A stretch of DNA of 63,968 nt, filler included, from Octopus bimaculoides (taxonomy: Eukaryota), in assembly GCF_001194135.2 (NCBI RefSeq). It is 6 parts of 6 records of this genome, joined end to end, with 100 filler letters (N's around TTAATTAATTAA, not from the genome) between each part and the next. Parts side by side here need not be neighbours in the genome. Positions count along the whole stretch, not along the records: positions 55,299 to 62,734 come from NC_068982.1; positions 62,835 to 63,968 come from NC_068985.1; 4 more parts are not named here. The stretch is one strand, 5' to 3'. Numbering within the stretch: position 1 is the stretch's first letter; every line of letters begins with the position of its first letter. Under the pieces are notes generated by a model, which was not told the origin of the DNA, made no database searches, and saw only the letters and a program-made list of their open reading frames with translations. The translations under genes were made by a program, and so were the position numbers. This document shows positions 62,043 to 63,968 of this stretch, one piece after another.

Positions 62043-62671
62043 TATACATACACACACATACATTTTGTTTATCTTCACGCACTTCGAGCGTATGTACGAG
62101 TTTGTGCTTCAGTCCTTAAATTCTGTATGAGAATTGATGTACGTACATCTAAAGCATCTAAATAAAAACATAGTGTATAACAATCGACAAACACCTCTGT
62201 CTCTAACAATATAAATTACACATTGAATCTTTCGTAAAGCATTTATTTTCAACTTGTCAATGTCTGACATTAATCAGTTACACACAAGTAATTACACACG
62301 CACGTGCGCGCACACAGACAGACAGACAGATACACATACACACACACAAACACACGCGTGCGCACACATATATTTACACATTTGTGGATGTCTATTCGCC
62401 TATTCCAGCGTAGAAAAGATATATCTGAAACGTGCTTGTAATACATAAGGTACGGTTTACGATAATTTTCATTTTCCCTCATAAACTTTGCCAATCGTAG
62501 ATCTAGTAGCTGAACTAATTACTGCTCTAATCACCCAAGCAGAATAGAAACTTAAATTCCAAAGAACATTAAGCATTATAGTTGCCAAATATCTCTCAAA
62601 CAACACAACTAAAATATAAATGCATTCTTCGAACATGAGAAATAAAAGAAACACTAGCTTTCGGATATATA

Positions 62672-62734
<63 letters not shown>

Positions 62735-62856
62735 NNNNNNNNNNNNNNNNNNNNNNNNNNNNNNNNNNNNNNNNNNNNTTAATTAATTAANNNNNNNNNN
62801 NNNNNNNNNNNNNNNNNNNNNNNNNNNNNNNNNNATATATATATATATATATATAT

Positions 62857-63285
62857 ACGAGGGGAAGTCAAAAATTATGCGCACTTATCTCTATAATTGT
62901 TTCACTGCCTTCTACGCATGCGTGCTTATAATTGGTACTATTGTGGTTACGTGCTCGAAATTTGAGCCTGATCGCGCCATTTTTCTTTCTGGTTTTACAG
63001 TGTAAGCATGGCCGCTCCACTAGCAATGTGCACCAAAGAAGAACAAAGGGCAGGTATCCGATTTCTCTATTCGGAAGGTGACACGTGCTGAGGTTCACCG
63101 GAAGCTTTTAGCGCAACCGGGGACTACGCTACAGCGTAATAGTGTGTATGACTGGATCAAGAAGTTTAAAAGTGTCCTGACAAGCGTAACGCACGAAGAG
63201 GGAACAGGACGCTCGTCAACCTCAACTACTAACGAGAAGATTCAGCAAGCTCGAGAGATGGTATTGGCGAAAGTGCGGATAATTT
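62857..63285 (+). mobile_element. Mariner element 5' end (TIR plus transposase N-terminal HTH remnant)
   Basis: TA|cgaggggaagtcaaaaatta; MCTKEEQRAGIRF...AEVHRKL...SVYDWIKKFK...GR.STSTTNEKIQQAREMV. Confidence 0.82.
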
Positions 63286-63439
63286 TTGACTCCCCTCGTA
63301 TATGTATGTGTGTGTGTATTATCTAAAACTGTTTGATCCGGCTACATGCGACTTAAAGTTTCCCAGTCCCTAACATAAACCCTTCTCTTTCAGCCATAGA
63401 TTACCGAATGGAGGAGCACACGTACACACACGTACTCAC

Positions 63440-63601
63440 CATTTTGGAAACGAGTACCGACACTTTCATGTACATGTGGCACACTCGAACAATTGTGAAG
63501 GTTGCTGTACATGAAATCATTGCTTGCATTCCTAACCCACGAATAAAGAATATTTATCCACCATTGCAGCCTTGAGCACTCGTACAGGAGTAGAATGATA
63601 A
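63440..63601 (-). other. Possible orphan exon (162 nt)
   Basis: Acceptor cattttgtttttcAG and donor ATG|GTGAGT. One phase-1/1 frame is open; the peptide is not recognised. Confidence 0.3.
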
Positions 63602-63936
63602 CTGAAAAACAAAATGCGAGCAGTTTCTAACAATGTATGCCTATGCAAATGCTGCCATTTGGAAAACCGAATAGGTAGTGACCCCGTTTTAGTCCGGTGA
63701 TTGTGCTAATAGCAGCGGACTAAAGCATCACTTCCCATTCGGTTATTCAAATTGCAGGATCTTCGCAGGCACACATTTCATGTATTGCATCCTTCTGAAG
63801 ATGAGCCTTTGTACCTGAATTATATAAAGTTTTTTTTTTCAGTTTTGATCTCTGCATTGTAAGAAGCTTCTCTCATTTCCCTCTCCTCAACACACACAGG
63901 CACAAGCGCACACACACCACACACACATACATATGC

Positions 63937-63968
<32 letters not shown>

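Noticed and set aside
62270-62654. Hydrophobic or coding-like short minus-strand ORFs
   Set aside because: No convincing splice-site pair or recognisable domain.

Overview
Eukaryotic, AT-rich, repeat-saturated, gappy draft assembly. The repeat families and microsatellite load suggest an octopus or other cephalopod; this is inference. No prokaryotic features, CRISPR, rRNA or intact tRNA genes were seen. (1) 109-10553: two oppositely oriented arrays of one 33-bp satellite flank a ~4.4-kb CpG-dense (TTCG/TACG)n core, a foldback-like architecture. (2) 10554-14202: a 5'-truncated, decayed Ty3/Gypsy LTR retrotransposon with gag, zinc knuckles, RT (YIDD), RNase H, integrase, PPT and 3' LTR; the integrase carries an 11-nt telomeric-type insertion. 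(3) Three spliced exons (23338-26266, +) of an alpha-2-macroglobulin/TEP/CD109-like gene. (4) Dense TE debris: CRE-like, R4/Dong-like and L1/Tx1-like LINE fragments, mariner and maT-like elements, MITE-like inverted repeats, a 91-bp mini-Helitron and several tRNA-derived SINE families. Top candidate: a tRNA-headed SINE-like element whose tail carries a complete minimal type I hammerhead ribozyme motif. It lies in a TEP intron as an inverted pair flanked by a 13-bp direct repeat (25417-26052). Two degenerate hammerhead-like motifs of a second family lie at ~39.06 kb and ~60.8 kb. Most long ORFs in the track are repeat or N-gap artefacts. All alignments and counts were done by eye, so boundaries of degenerate elements are approximate.
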